From assembly GCA_965644295.1 (NCBI GenBank), contig CBFFRP010000150.1:1-64000 (forward strand): a DNA stretch of 64,000 nucleotides, given 5' to 3'. This DNA comes from Paraphysomonas bandaiensis (Eukaryota > Protista > Chrysophyceae). Positions within the stretch are counted from its first letter, which is position 1, and the number at the start of each line of letters is the position of its first letter. Below the pieces are notes generated by a model. The model was not told the DNA's origin. It made no database searches and worked only from the letters and a program-made list of their open reading frames with translations. Made by a program: the position numbers and the translations under genes. Below, one piece after another: positions 35,101-48,000 of the stretch.

Positions 35101-36460
35101 TAGTCCTGGCGTAGGCTAGATCCAACTGTGCCACAGTATGCGTTTCCTGTGGTAACTCCAACAGAGCAAGTTTCACCAATTGTCTCCGCAAACTGAAACA
35201 TAGAATACGCGCAATAAACGGCACGAGAACAATTGTTAGGAAAAGACGCCTTGGGTACCCCCCAAAGAGCAATCAGCACACAGCCTTTGTCATCTACCAG
35301 GAATTGTCTCAGGAATCCTCCACATTGATGGAGTATCTGCTGCATACCATAGAAAAATGGCTGCAGAGTTAGTAAATCCCTGTTTTTCTCCATCGAGTAA
35401 CTATCGAGCTTCAAAAACATCGTCGTCACTTCGCGTAATTCTGAAAGCACATGGAAGGACCCTGCAGCGATGGAGGACTTCACAGCAACCGGTACAAAGC
35501 TGCGAATATTCTCAACCAGGTGCTGTCCCCCTGGGAATGCCTCGCGATGTGATATGTTTGGACGAGTCGGCACCCCGTCTACAGAGAGAACTTTGTAATT
35601 CCCACTGGGAAGGACCTCTACGAGAATATCTTGGCTAGCAGAGTTGTCATTGTCACTCCTGGCATGTTCGTAGCACGCTGGCGTTGTAACGGCCTCTCCA
35701 GAATTTGCGTCGTTGATGCAAACAGATAACTCCGTCAGACAATCTCCGCTTATTAGATATACCCAGTTCCCTTCATGCCCCCCAAGAGTAGCAAAGCAAA
35801 TTTCACCATAGCTGACTCCTATGTGTGCTGTTAAGTCCAATGACCGGTAATCTTTAATTTCAACTGCACATTTGATGGCCCGTCGGGAACAATTATGTGA
35901 AACCCCATCGGAATCATCTACCGATGCATACTTGTACGAAGATGATGATTGTGAATCCCCGCGAAAGAAGCAAATCACCGCATCACCAGCAAAGGATATT
36001 ACTACACAGAAATAATTAAATTACTAAGAACAATAGTTAAATCAAAGCGCTCACCATCGCCGCCATAGGTGTAGACAATCTTTATCAAATCTCCAATAAA
36101 GCTGCTTGTACAGCGCTGCAAGTCGTCAAAACCATCCACTCCTTCCTTGCTTAGTGTCCCGCATAGCTTTACAAATCCAGATATATCCGCAATCAGACAG
36201 GCACCCTGCAAAAATTCACGTTCAAGCTTCACGGTGTCATTTCTTATAATATTTTCCAATAACAGAGTCGGACAGAAAGAACTAAGAAGACCAATATCCA
36301 ATTGAGAATCTTTACGAATAACAAGAGTACGACTTCGAGTAATAGGACGTGATCTTCGACTACTCAATTCATTCTCTATTTTCTCAATACCCATAAAATG
36401 AAACTCATCTTCAGCTTCAACTGGCACAATACGATTTGCAGGTACAGTAAACATATTCAT
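32199..36460 (-). CDS. ADCY10/soluble adenylyl-cyclase-like protein (two class III cyclase domains, STAND-type P-loop NTPase, helical C-terminus, CaaX), ~6 exons
   Basis: LIADISGF and FAGDA (metal-binding Asp), LVDDKG, GDAVNLAARLM, VEGAPGMGKS (Walker A), IVIEDAH (Walker B), TNGNPYW, YTFQNELIRKTLY; ends GGCALS*. Confidence 0.9.
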
Positions 36461-37372
36461 ATACTGTATATATATATATTCACTTCAATAAATTATAAAT
36501 GAATACAAAATTTGAAAACATTTTAATTTTTATTTGTAAATTAATGAATGAATGTATACATAAAAGAGAGTTGTTGTGATAGATAGATATACGAGAGAGA
36601 GAGTGGAGTGGTTAAGATATATAGATAAGTGGACTCCAAAGAGAGAAAGTAATAAACATTTAGATATTTAAAAACGCCGTTTCTGGTTAATTACCAGATA
36701 GAAATATATAACACACGGCACGATTTGTTCACGATTTGTTAATAGTTTGATTATGTATGTATGAGATGATGATATCTCTATATATATGTATGTATGTATG
36801 TATGTATATAGAGAGAAGAGAAGATGAAATTCATGTGTCGCCAAATAGATGATATAAATACCACACATACAAACACACACATACAATCCATATAAAAAAA
36901 CACGTACCCTTGTTCCCTCGTGTTCCCTTTTCAATATACACAGCAACTGAATACTAATCAATATTGAGATGGGTGGAGGGGTGGTAATAGATGGCGTATT
37001 CCACGGTATTTTACAGTATTTCATAACGAGACATATGGGAAGAGGGTCCCATATGGTAAATAGTTTTAGCACAATTTCAGTATATCGAAATATTAATCCT
37101 AAAATTATGGATTTTATAATTAAAATATGGAAAATATCAAAGTTTTGAGATAAAAAACTGTATATTGCAATAAAGTAGGAGTTTTAAAACTATTTTGTCA
37201 CAAAATCAGATATTGTTAATTGTTTTATGAAAATTGTACAAAATTCCTCATATTGGTATACCTCACAACACACGGGCTTGTTGCACCCCCATAGTATGAT
37301 AATCCATTCAAGTGAGTTCATTAGTTTCTAGTATAGATACATATTAGAAGTTATATTCATTAAGTAGTAATC

Positions 37373-38962
37373 ATGTATATGTATACACCCTCTTCACTCT
37401 TTATTGGGCTAATGCTCATCATTGTTATGATCACACAATCGGTATATAATTATTGTTATCTATATGTATAGTTAACATTTAGTTTGAAGAAACAAATTAA
37501 CCCGGATGATCCTGGGAAAAGCACAGCACATCTACTAGGAGATGAGCCATGTGTACCATTTGAATACTGGGCAACGTCACTAATATCATTTCGTTTATGT
37601 CTGGGAAAATCAGAGGAGGAAGTTCGTGCTGGACGAACTGTAACTGCAATGATACGGTACTGTAATGTTTATAGTAATTTACTGTAGTTGTAATTGCTTT
37701 AAACATCTTAGCCTGCCTAAGTGTTGTGCTAATCGTTTACCAATCGTCATTGTTCACTCTCTATTATATGAAGGAGTCGAGGCTTCCAGCCGATGTGTCG
37801 AGGCTTCCATCTGCTAATGTGGATGATGGAGACCGTTGTGCCACTGAGCTCAAATGGATACTTTTTAGATACAAACCCATGTGAGTATTTTGTAAACGGT
37901 CGTGTTTCTTTGATATTAATGATGCCTGCAGATATTGGGGGATGTGTTTTTCACATGGCAGCACTAGGTACGTTGTTAATTATACATTGCCGATATTTAT
38001 TTGGAATAGTAGTACAGTATTGATCTAATATGCAACTGCAATAGATGATATGCCCAGCTTTGTTGTCAATCCTCTGATTGCTTGTATGTTGCTTGATAGG
38101 ATATAAGGTTATTGCAGCTGAAAAGTATGAGGGATTTGTAGACACTATGATGGGAACAATGGCCATGAACCCGGCGTTTCACCACGAGGTGGAGATTCAT
38201 CATGCAGCACTTGGCACAGCGCACGAGAATAAACGAGGTGAGATTCGCAAGAGTGTCACTAGCAGAATAATGCTATTATCTTGCAGTCAAATTTTGGCAT
38301 GCTGGTTCTGGCAACAATGTGAATACTGGGTATGATGACGCCGAAGCGGACGATCCGGATGGGGTCAATCTTGAAGTCGTCCCTTTTCCGTCGTTAGTAC
38401 AGGAACGACAAGTGACGCTAGCGGCCTTAGCATGTGTGACGGTGTGTAGACTCTATTTCGTCAGAGATATTTACATGTTTGTATACAGAGTTGTAATATG
38501 GGTGACATATTGAAGACAATTCCTCAAATCAAGCTCCAGACGTTACCCATGATATATCTCGAGGTTCACTTCCGATATACGAAAACAACCACTGAAATTC
38601 ATGATATTCTTCATATATTGCACCACAACGACTACATCATCCTACCTTTTATCTACCCTGAGTATGAGTACTATTACGGGAGACGTAGTCAAGAACCGGA
38701 AGAGGTGGACAAGTTGTTTGGATCCAAAGTGTTCGGCATACCATACAGTGAAGATTTGATAGTTGAAACCGCTAAGAAATTTCTTAACACGAAAATTGAT
38801 CACGACACATTGAGTGAAGCATTCAACAGAGAGTTTCATGGTGTAGTGGCTATGACCAGATCCCTGTACGAGAAAATGGTTCAGCATTTTTTACCGGATG
38901 CGGAGCCATCCAATTATAATAGACATTTGTTTGGAGAAAACTTTACATTGAGTAGTGTATGA
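37373..38962 (+). CDS. Secreted or signal-anchored FkbM-family methyltransferase-like protein, ~7 exons
   Basis: Hydrophobic N-terminus. Spliced YFLDTNPYIGGCVFHMAALGYKVIAAE, EVEIHHAALG and IYLEVH follow the FkbM motif order. Confidence 0.55.
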
Positions 38963-39792
38963 GTGGAATAAAGTTATATATATGTCACGTATTTTTTCTG
39001 TAAATTTAGTAAAGATATTACTTAGCGGTCGCCCACATGGAACCGCTAAGTTTCTTATGTATGCATATATTTATATATTGTTCATGTTGCTCCATTTTAC
39101 TGGGTTTTGCCTTTCAATTTCGAAATGTTCTCGATGGTAGAGGGTGTGTAAATATTTGGTCTGCAATTTCTATACTTGGATATTGCAACAATTCTGAAAC
39201 GGGGAAATTGTCACACTATGTCAGAATTAGGATATACCCTTCCTCTAAACTTCGAATACAGAATACAGCCGATACTGATATACTTGTTCTGTACGCTAGT
39301 TATTAGAATTTGCATTAGTTACTAGAGTTGTATTTAATATTACAGAGGAGTTATTTATCGTGTGTTATTGTCGTTTCTTTACATAAACACCTTTTGGAGG
39401 AGTTTAGGGTTGAGACTTGAGACCAATAGTGTCCATTGTCCATCATGCTTTTGGAAAGGAGTTGAAAGCACTTGGTCGATAATATAGACACTAGTTAAGG
39501 AGTACAGACTTCTTTTCAGGTTTTCCATATTTAAAAAAGTAAGAATAAGCATAATAGTGTTACATGAGAACGAATCATGCAACTTATTTTAATGTTTTAA
39601 TGGTGCCTGCTCGTTGACTAGTTGCTAATTCCACTTCGTCTTGGTACGATTGGGTTTAATTACATAAAAACAGCAGATAACAAACAACATAATATGATAT
39701 GCAGTATGTAGATATGGATATAGAGGGCATAATTATATGTGTCACTATATAGTAATTAATCTAAAGCCTTTGCGACAACGCTGAACTTATCA

Positions 39793-40085
39793 GGCGCCAA
39801 AGGCAAACAAAACAGTTCCACTGATGTAGAGAAATTTCATATTGTAAACGAATATGATGGTGAACAATTAAATTCACTGCAACGCTTTGTTGTTGCTCGA
39901 CAATGTGCAACTGGATCGAAGCAAGAGCTCAAGATCTTTCCAAGATATGACGGTCACCTGCTGCAAAAACTTTGTATGAAAATCAACTGGTATATGTACA
40001 TAAAACTCCTATAGTTGTATAAAACCTATGTTTTAGTATAAAAACTATGATTTTTGTAAATAATTCTAGAAAATTATGGTACAGC
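39793..40085 (+). pseudogene. Short relic of a pogo-like element related to 2809-4778
   Basis: Translates to SSTDVEKFHIVNEYDGEQLNSLQRFV versus SFSDVQKYNFVKEYKEGHFKTLKQFV in the 3-kb element. It is followed by phased A/T tracts and TATGGTACAG, as at the pogo right end. Confidence 0.55.
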
Positions 40086-40357
40086 TGTACTGCTGTATAC
40101 TTGCTGTGTACATCATGTCACATAATATCTACCATACACACCTCCACATACATCATCAGCACACCAACTGAGAGACACAACACACATACATACCATATGT
40201 ACACATCCATACCTATATATCCATATACATACAGCAGTATATACAACATCCATATACATCACACAGCAGTAGATGTGCACATTAACCTCACATTCCTTTT
40301 AGCCATAATATACCAATACAATTCATCGTATTGCATATCGCTTACTCTGAAACTATC

Positions 40358-43179
40358 ATGTTAACTAATCTCATACGTCGGAGTCGCGTTACACGCAATA
40401 TAACAGTAGGGATTCGTTCTATTAACTCCCGTAATGATCCATGTGGAACTATATTAGATGGCACTGTACCAATGGGTCCAGAATTTACTACTAATAAAGA
40501 ACATATGAATAGATTAATTGAAGATCTTAATAATCTCACAGCAAAGATTCATGAGGGTGGAGGGGAAAAAGCAATGGCAAAACATATCGCTCGTAATAAA
40601 TTACCAGTTAGAGAACGAATTAATACATTTCTTGATGCTGGTTCACCATTTTTGGAAGTTGGTATGTTGGCAGGACATGAGATGTATGATGATTATGTTC
40701 CTTGTGGAGGGATGGTGACGGGGATTGGTTCCGTGCATGGGTAAGCAGTTTCACTTAACGTTGAGTTGTTTTATATTATACTACTATTATCTCATGCCAC
40801 CAATCTTCTTGAATACGTTTCACGATAATTCCTTTCTTGTAGTGTGGAATGCATGATTATTGCCAATGATGCTACAGTCAAGGGTGGAACTTACTACCCT
40901 ATCACCATCAAGAAGGGATTGCGTGCACAAGAGATTGCGTTGCATAACAAGCTGCCCTGTGTCTACATGGTTGACTCTGGAGGGGCCTTTCTCCCTATGC
41001 AGGTTGCCACTTCATCTATGTAGTATTATGATGATATACATCACTTGAGCCGATTGTGTCTCTTCAGGCGGACGTATTTCCAGACAGAGAACACTTTGGT
41101 CGCACCTTCTTCAATCAGGCCAACATGTCTGCGATGGGTATCCCTCAGGTCAGTTTGTCATTAGCTGCTTGTGAAATGAAGTGCGTTAGGCTTGATAGAA
41201 CCTACTTGTTGTAATTTTCTTTGAGAATATTGTATATTATTTTTCCGTGAGTTTTTATGAACTTTTGTGGTGTACAGATTTCCATTGTGATGGGCTCATG
41301 CACTGCCGGTGGTGCATACGTGCCGGCCATGTCTGATGAAAATATCATTGTCAAAGGTACATTTGTTTTTGAATTATAAGTATATATAGAGGATTTGGTC
41401 TTAAACTGTATTATCCTTAAACTGGGGGTATTGCCAGCAGAGAAACGCAATGATATTATGCATTGCTTATGTCACTTCTTTATGTAGGAAATGGTACTAT
41501 TTTCCTAGGTGGGCCACCTCTCGTGAAAGCAGCCACTGGAGAGGTTGTTACTCCCGAGGAGCTTGGTGGGGCCGATGTCCATTGCAAGTAAGATCATTCC
41601 GATGTATTTCACTGCGGGCGTTTTGTGCTTGTGTATACTTGTCCCCTATGTGAATGCTTTGTCCGTATGGGTATACTTTTACTTATTCGTGCTTTGTAAT
41701 GCGGCAGAATGTCTGGAGTTTGTGATCACTATGCTAATGATGATTATCATGCGCTTCACATCGCTCGTAATATTATCTCTAATCTCAACTACAAGAACAC
41801 TTCAGAGTCGGTAAGTAGCGTGTTGTGGACACATAGTCCTTCCTGAATCAAGTGTTTGCAGGTGGTTCCTAAGTCGTATGAAGAGCCACTATTTTCAGCA
41901 GAAGATATTGGTGGGATTATTCCAGCTGACACAAAGAAGCCTTTCGATATTAGAAAGGTGTGTAACGTTGTATTAGTTTGTATCTGTTATTATGCAATCG
42001 TGGGTGATGATATGTTCACCATTTTGTCAGTGTTACATTTCATGTCTATGTCCACCATTTTGTGAGTGTTACATTGTGTATTGCATTGGTAATACTGGTG
42101 CCCTCTAATGAACATGATGTGGAACAGATTCTTGCTAGACTGGTTGATGGCAGTGTGTTCCATGAGTTTAAGGCACAGTACGGCACAACACTAGTCACAG
42201 GATTCGCTAGAATACATGGTATGCAGGTTGGCATTATTGCTAACAATGGAATCTTGTTTTCGGAATCTGCACTTAAGGTGAGAAGATTTTACCGCTAGTA
42301 TATATATTGAGGTGGTGATTGGATATCTATAGGGGGCTCATTTTGTTGAGCTGTGCACACAGCGCAATGTTCCGATTCTGTTTATACAGAACATCACTGG
42401 ATTTATGATCGGCAAGAAATACGAAAACGAAGGCATCGCTAAAAATGGGGCCAAACTCGTAACTGCCGTGGCATGTGCCAAGGTATGCACTCTTCAGTAA
42501 TCTCGACTATCAATATGCTGCTTACCTGAATCTACAGGTACCAAAGCTGACTCTCGTGGTGGGAGGGTCCTACGGTGCAGGCAATTACGGCATGTGCGGT
42601 CGTGCTTACGACCCTAGGTGCGTGTTATCCGTTTATGTATCGAATTATTGTTAATTTTTTTCTAGGTTCATGTTTACCTGGCCAAATTCCCGCACTGCTG
42701 TGATGGGAGGTGAACAAGCAGCAAATGTGTTGGCGACTGTTGTAAGGGACAACATGGAGGCCGCCGGCAAGTCATGGCCGGCAGAGAAGGAAGAAGAATT
42801 CAAGGTATATTCGTCTGAGGCGTGTACAGTATGATAGTATTTTTATGTCTGAACAAATTTGAAGTAGTATGAAGAGTCAGTTGACTGAATTGTACTCATA
42901 GTGGCTGGTTGTAAACGCGAACTGTTATTTTTATTAATATGTTTTTATACATAGAAACCCATTTTGGCCAAGTACGAGAAAGAGAGTCATTCTTACTTCG
43001 CGAGTGCGAGACTCTGGGACGATGGAGTTATTAACCCATACCATACCCGAGAGGTATGCGTTACACGTTCTCATCTTGGAATGACCATAACATTTGCTCT
43101 GCAGATTCTAGGAATGTCGCTGGCAGTTGCTACGAAAAACTCCCCAGAATTCACTAAATTCGGTGTTTTTAGAATGTAA
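40358..43179 (+). CDS. MCCC2: 3-methylcrotonyl-CoA carboxylase beta subunit, mitochondrial, many exons
   Basis: [120 protein letters not shown]; Arg-rich presequence. Confidence 0.97.
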
Positions 43180-43761
43180 TCGCAGACTCACTCCTGACAT
43201 CACACTGCAGTACAATGCCAACATTAGGATTTACAGAAAGTGAATGGTAGGATTTCAAAGTGACTGGCGGTAACTAATCAGCAGTTGTATAACTTATGGT
43301 TTTGTGAAGTCAGTATATGTAACTACTGTAAGTTCTAAGTTCGTTCTGTTCAGACATAAATAACAACATAGAAAAGGCAAGTACACTCCAGTGAATGTTT
43401 TCCATACAATATATAGCTTCAATCTAAAGAAGCTCGTGCTGAAAATTGTCTAAACGGAATTAAGAAATTACTTTTTCTATTCATCGTTCCACTCTTTAGA
43501 AATCTCAGTACCCTTCCAGTCAACAATCCACTCTCCATCAATGACGGTTGTGGTGATAATGCCCCATTCTCATAGCACACACATTGTATAAGATTTTAAA
43601 GAGTACACAGAATGTCATATATTTGAATATTAAATCCGCCACCATGTTGCTTTATTACTTAAGAACTCCTTCAAATTGTGAAGTGTAGCAATGTAAACTA
43701 TTTTATTTCTAGGAGCTTCATTCAAACACATGAGATAAAAATTTTCGTCTAATACACTTAG

Positions 43762-44253
43762 CTACCCCTTTCGCCTGTCATCTGCAATGATAGAGTATAG
43801 ACACATGTTGTTGAATTTCCCATTGAAATACTGTCCTTGTCTCAGCATGCCTTCGTAAATAAACTGCTCGCTTTCATACAGATGTCTTGCCCGGGCATTG
43901 TCATCCACCACATCAAGCCAAAGTCTATTCATTTTAAGCTCTTCAAATACAACGTGCTTTACACACTGTAGCATTTGTCGACCATAACCTCTACCTTTAA
44001 TAGCAGCCACAAGACGCATTAGTTCAGCTGATTTGTTAGGTGCCCCATTAGCCAATCCCCGAATAATCATATAACCAACTCTTTCATTTGTATCATTATC
44101 TACTGCAATATAATGTAAGTCATCAGTATTCATGAACTGTAGATGCTCCTCTCTAGTCCATTGGCTTACATAACAAGCATTCTCCTTCTCATTTTCATGT
44201 TCTAATACGAAATCTAAATCATCTGGTGTTGTTTTACGTAATGATACAGGCAT
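43762..44253 (-). CDS. GNAT N-acetyltransferase (SpeG/RimJ-RimL-like), intronless
   Basis: KGRGYGRQML acetyl-CoA motif; NRLWLDVVDDNARARHLYESEQFIYEGMLR. Confidence 0.9.
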   Translation of the reverse strand: MPVSLRKTTPDDLDFVLEHENEKENACYVSQWTREEHLQFMNTDDLHYIAVDNDTNERVGYMIIRGLANGAPNKSAELMRLVAAIKGRGYGRQMLQCVKHVVFEELKMNRLWLDVVDDNARARHLYESEQFIYEGMLRQGQYFNGKFNNMCLYSIIADDRRKG

Positions 44254-45057
44254 TGAATAGATATGAGATGATAGATATGTGTTTTTACTATGATTAGTTC
44301 AGTGTCTATTAATATATAGGGATATATATGTATGTATGTGTGGTTATCTCATACATGGTGATTGATATGCTTCAGCATTCATGGGAGGATCACCAGTCCG
44401 TACTCTGTAGTATATGTATACATACTGTACCATTATGCATATATTGCGGATATTTAGGAATAGAAATCGTCAAATACAGCATACATACAGCAAAACTCTG
44501 TATATGTAGGAGTACAAAACCATAAAAATTATATATTTTATAGGGTTTTGTTACATTCAGTATCCCAAAATCTTACTTTTATAGCACTCATAAAGTGTGT
44601 GAGTGTTTTCTATAGAGAACTGACGTAACTGATGAATACAGTGCACTAGTATGTACATATATACATACATACATGATATACATACATATACAGCAGTATC
44701 TACTGAGCTTATATATACACCGCCAGTAGCAGTACATTAAGGCGTCATTCCATGGGGGGGGGTCAGTACAATGGATGGATATCCTATCACAAAGTGTTAC
44801 TTGTTTACAATGATTCTTACATGATATCTTCTCTCTAATATATCGCATATAATCAGCGATATTAATTATTATTCATATATATATATATATATCCCATTCC
44901 ACACATACATACACATATATATACATACATACATTGACTGTCAATGAATATGACTATTGAATATATCTCTTATATCATCAAAAGATCTTGTAATTCTATA
45001 TATAATACACTTATATGTAGAAATGCTACAAGTAATCATTATATTAAATCACTGACC

Positions 45058-48000
45058 ATGGCACATCAACATTTAAATAAGAAAACTTTAATGAATCTTA
45101 TTGAATGGATTATACCTGGTCATCCAAGTCATATTGCAATGAAACGTAAAATATCACAATATAAACAATTATCAATATATGGAAAATTTTGGGATGTATG
45201 GCAAATATTTCTTTCAGTTTTAGCATGTGGAATGTATATAGCAGAGAGTTATTCAACTGGATATACTGAACATCAATTTTATACTTGGCATGATATAATA
45301 GTGACACAATTCTTTATGTTAGATTTTGTATTTAATTGGTTTACCGCAATAAATACGAAAATATTTTTCCAGAACTTAATGACTATTGTGGATGTTCTAA
45401 CAATATTTCCTGTCTATGTTAGCTTGGCGACCGGAAGTGATGTCAACTTATCTATATTTCGTTTCATTCGCATTTTACGTTTGGTTCGTGTGTTGCGCAC
45501 CTTTCGTCTGTTGGGGGGTCTCAGTGGTCTGAAACGACAGCTAATTACTCTTTCGCTGACACTAATTAGTCTAGTTTTTATGGCTGCTGGTGTTGTCAAT
45601 GTTCTGGAAAATGATGTTCAGCAGCTGTATTACGACTGCCAGTATATAAACGAGGACACGAATTACCGTCCCTCTTGTGATGAGTACGCAGATACATATG
45701 ACTTGGCCTCTTGTGATTGTCAGGAGAAGAACTGTGTAGCGGTATATAATAGGTATGACGAGAGGTTTGAGCCTACACGTATTCAGTGCACAAGCCTCCC
45801 ATTCTTCAACTGCATTTACTTTATCGTGGTGACTATCTCCACTGTCGGTTATGGTGATATCTCCCCTACATCATCACATTCTAGAGCTGTGGTCCTGTTG
45901 TTTATCCTTACATCTGCAGTCGTTATCCCTATGCAACTGAAGCAGCTAACGCATCTTCTCTCGTCCAACTCTATATTCAGAAGTTCCTACGACACCCAGA
46001 ACTCTGAAGAACATGTGGTATTGTGTGGGTATGTTAACAACCGATCGAAACTTGAAAAATTCTTTTTGGAGTTTTTCCATCCTGACCGCAAGATGCCATC
46101 ATCTCCACACTTTCATGTTGTGATTCTGTGCCCAGAAGAGCCTAATGAAGAAGTACGAACCCTTTTGGTATCGCACAAATTCGACTCCCGGGCTACATAC
46201 CTGATTGGATCCGCACTGTCGGTAGAGGACCTACAGCGCGCCCGTGTGGATGTCGCTAGTGCTGTGTTTTTTCTATGTAACATTGAGGCCAAAGAGGAGG
46301 AGGCTCTCTGTGATGGCACCACCATCGTTCTTCGCACCTTAGCAGTAAGTGACTATAATCCCGACATCCAACTTTTGGTTGAGGTTGTGCATTCTAAAGA
46401 CAGTGATATCCTTAAAAACAATGATGTTGATGTGGTTCTCTGTGTAGATGAGTTCAAAACGGTGATGCTGGCTATGAATGCCGTTTGTCCTGGCCTGAGC
46501 ACTCTTATTAGCAATCTCTTCCGCACGTATGGGCGTAAGCATAACCCTAACGCCAGCAACCAGCACTGGCTCGCGGAATACAACTATGGCCAGTGTATGG
46601 ATGTTTACTACATCCCGTTGCCAGAATTATTTTTGGAGGCATTTAACTTCGATTGGGGAATGGTAGCAGAAAGTTTATATGTCGAATATCACTGCATTCT
46701 TCTGGGCGTTTTTAGCAGTATTGATGGAGACGTAAGTCTAAACCCTATTCATGTGGATCTCAAGAACCCCAAGAAAAATGGTATTTTTTATGGCATATTG
46801 GTCGGACCTTCCCAGGATGTAGCGACACGTATATCAAGTGCAGTGTATGAGTACTCCTCTATCGCCCGGATGGTGAATAGTGTGCTGGAGGCTGAATCTT
46901 ATTTTGGCGTCCGGGTGGTTCCTAAACAGCGTGGAGTTATACAGCGGTCGCAGAGCTCTCATAAGTATTTCTCAAAAAAGTCAGTCCCTGACGACAAACC
47001 TGTACTGCAGGATATTATGCTTTTTAATAAATTGCAACGCTTAGCACGTCAAACCTCTAAATCGCACCATGCGAAGCGATCGGAAGGTGTATCAGGAGAC
47101 CTACAATCAAAGGAAAGAAAAGTCAAAATCAATGATATGAAGTCTGTAGTTTGTTATGACGGTGCGAATACAAGGGAAAGTCCAAGCGAAAAGTTGTCGG
47201 TGAATGATAATGAAAGCGGTCGAGTGAATCATGCGTTACACATGAGTGACCATATTATTGTATTCGGGTGTCGAGACAACCTGTCTTCATTTGTGGAATA
47301 TGCAGATTTGCCTGTTGCACGAGAAATGAATAGGTTCAATCGATCTATTCTCTACGTTGGCACAGAACTGCCTTCGAAGTGGAATGCGCTTAGAAAGAAG
47401 CATGAGTCGTTGTATTTCTTAGAGGGTGATATCTGTCTCAAAAGCACCTTGTCAAGGACAAATGTAATGCGTGCGTACAGTGTGGTCATGCTTACCCAGC
47501 GGCGTGAGGAACTGGAATTTGAAGAGAGTGAAAATCTTGATTTCGAAATGCTGTTCTTATATCTGAAGATTTCCTCCTGCATTCCATCACACGTTCACTT
47601 CACCGTCGAGCTAACTAGTGGGCAGAATATGAGTGTTCTCAACACTGTTGCACTGAAAAAGGAGAGAAGGGACGATACGTCTACTCGATGTCGCGATTCT
47701 ACCGGCAATTTTGACGGCGGCGACACAATATCGTTTGAAGAAAAAATCATGTTTGAGAATATGCTAAATGATTGTACAGGTGAGTTTTAGTAATACTTAC
47801 ACCAACTAAACTATCTGCATTGTGTACGACACGCACACATATGACACTAGTTTTAAAGTTTGGTATTGTTACATGTATTTTAATTAGTTTTTTTCTGTCT
47901 CGTAGATCGGGATACGCTGTTGAAACAGCTACGCAATATGTATAATTCTAATCGCTCTCGCAACGACCCTCATGTAAAGCGTGGGCATTTTTTCTCCCAA

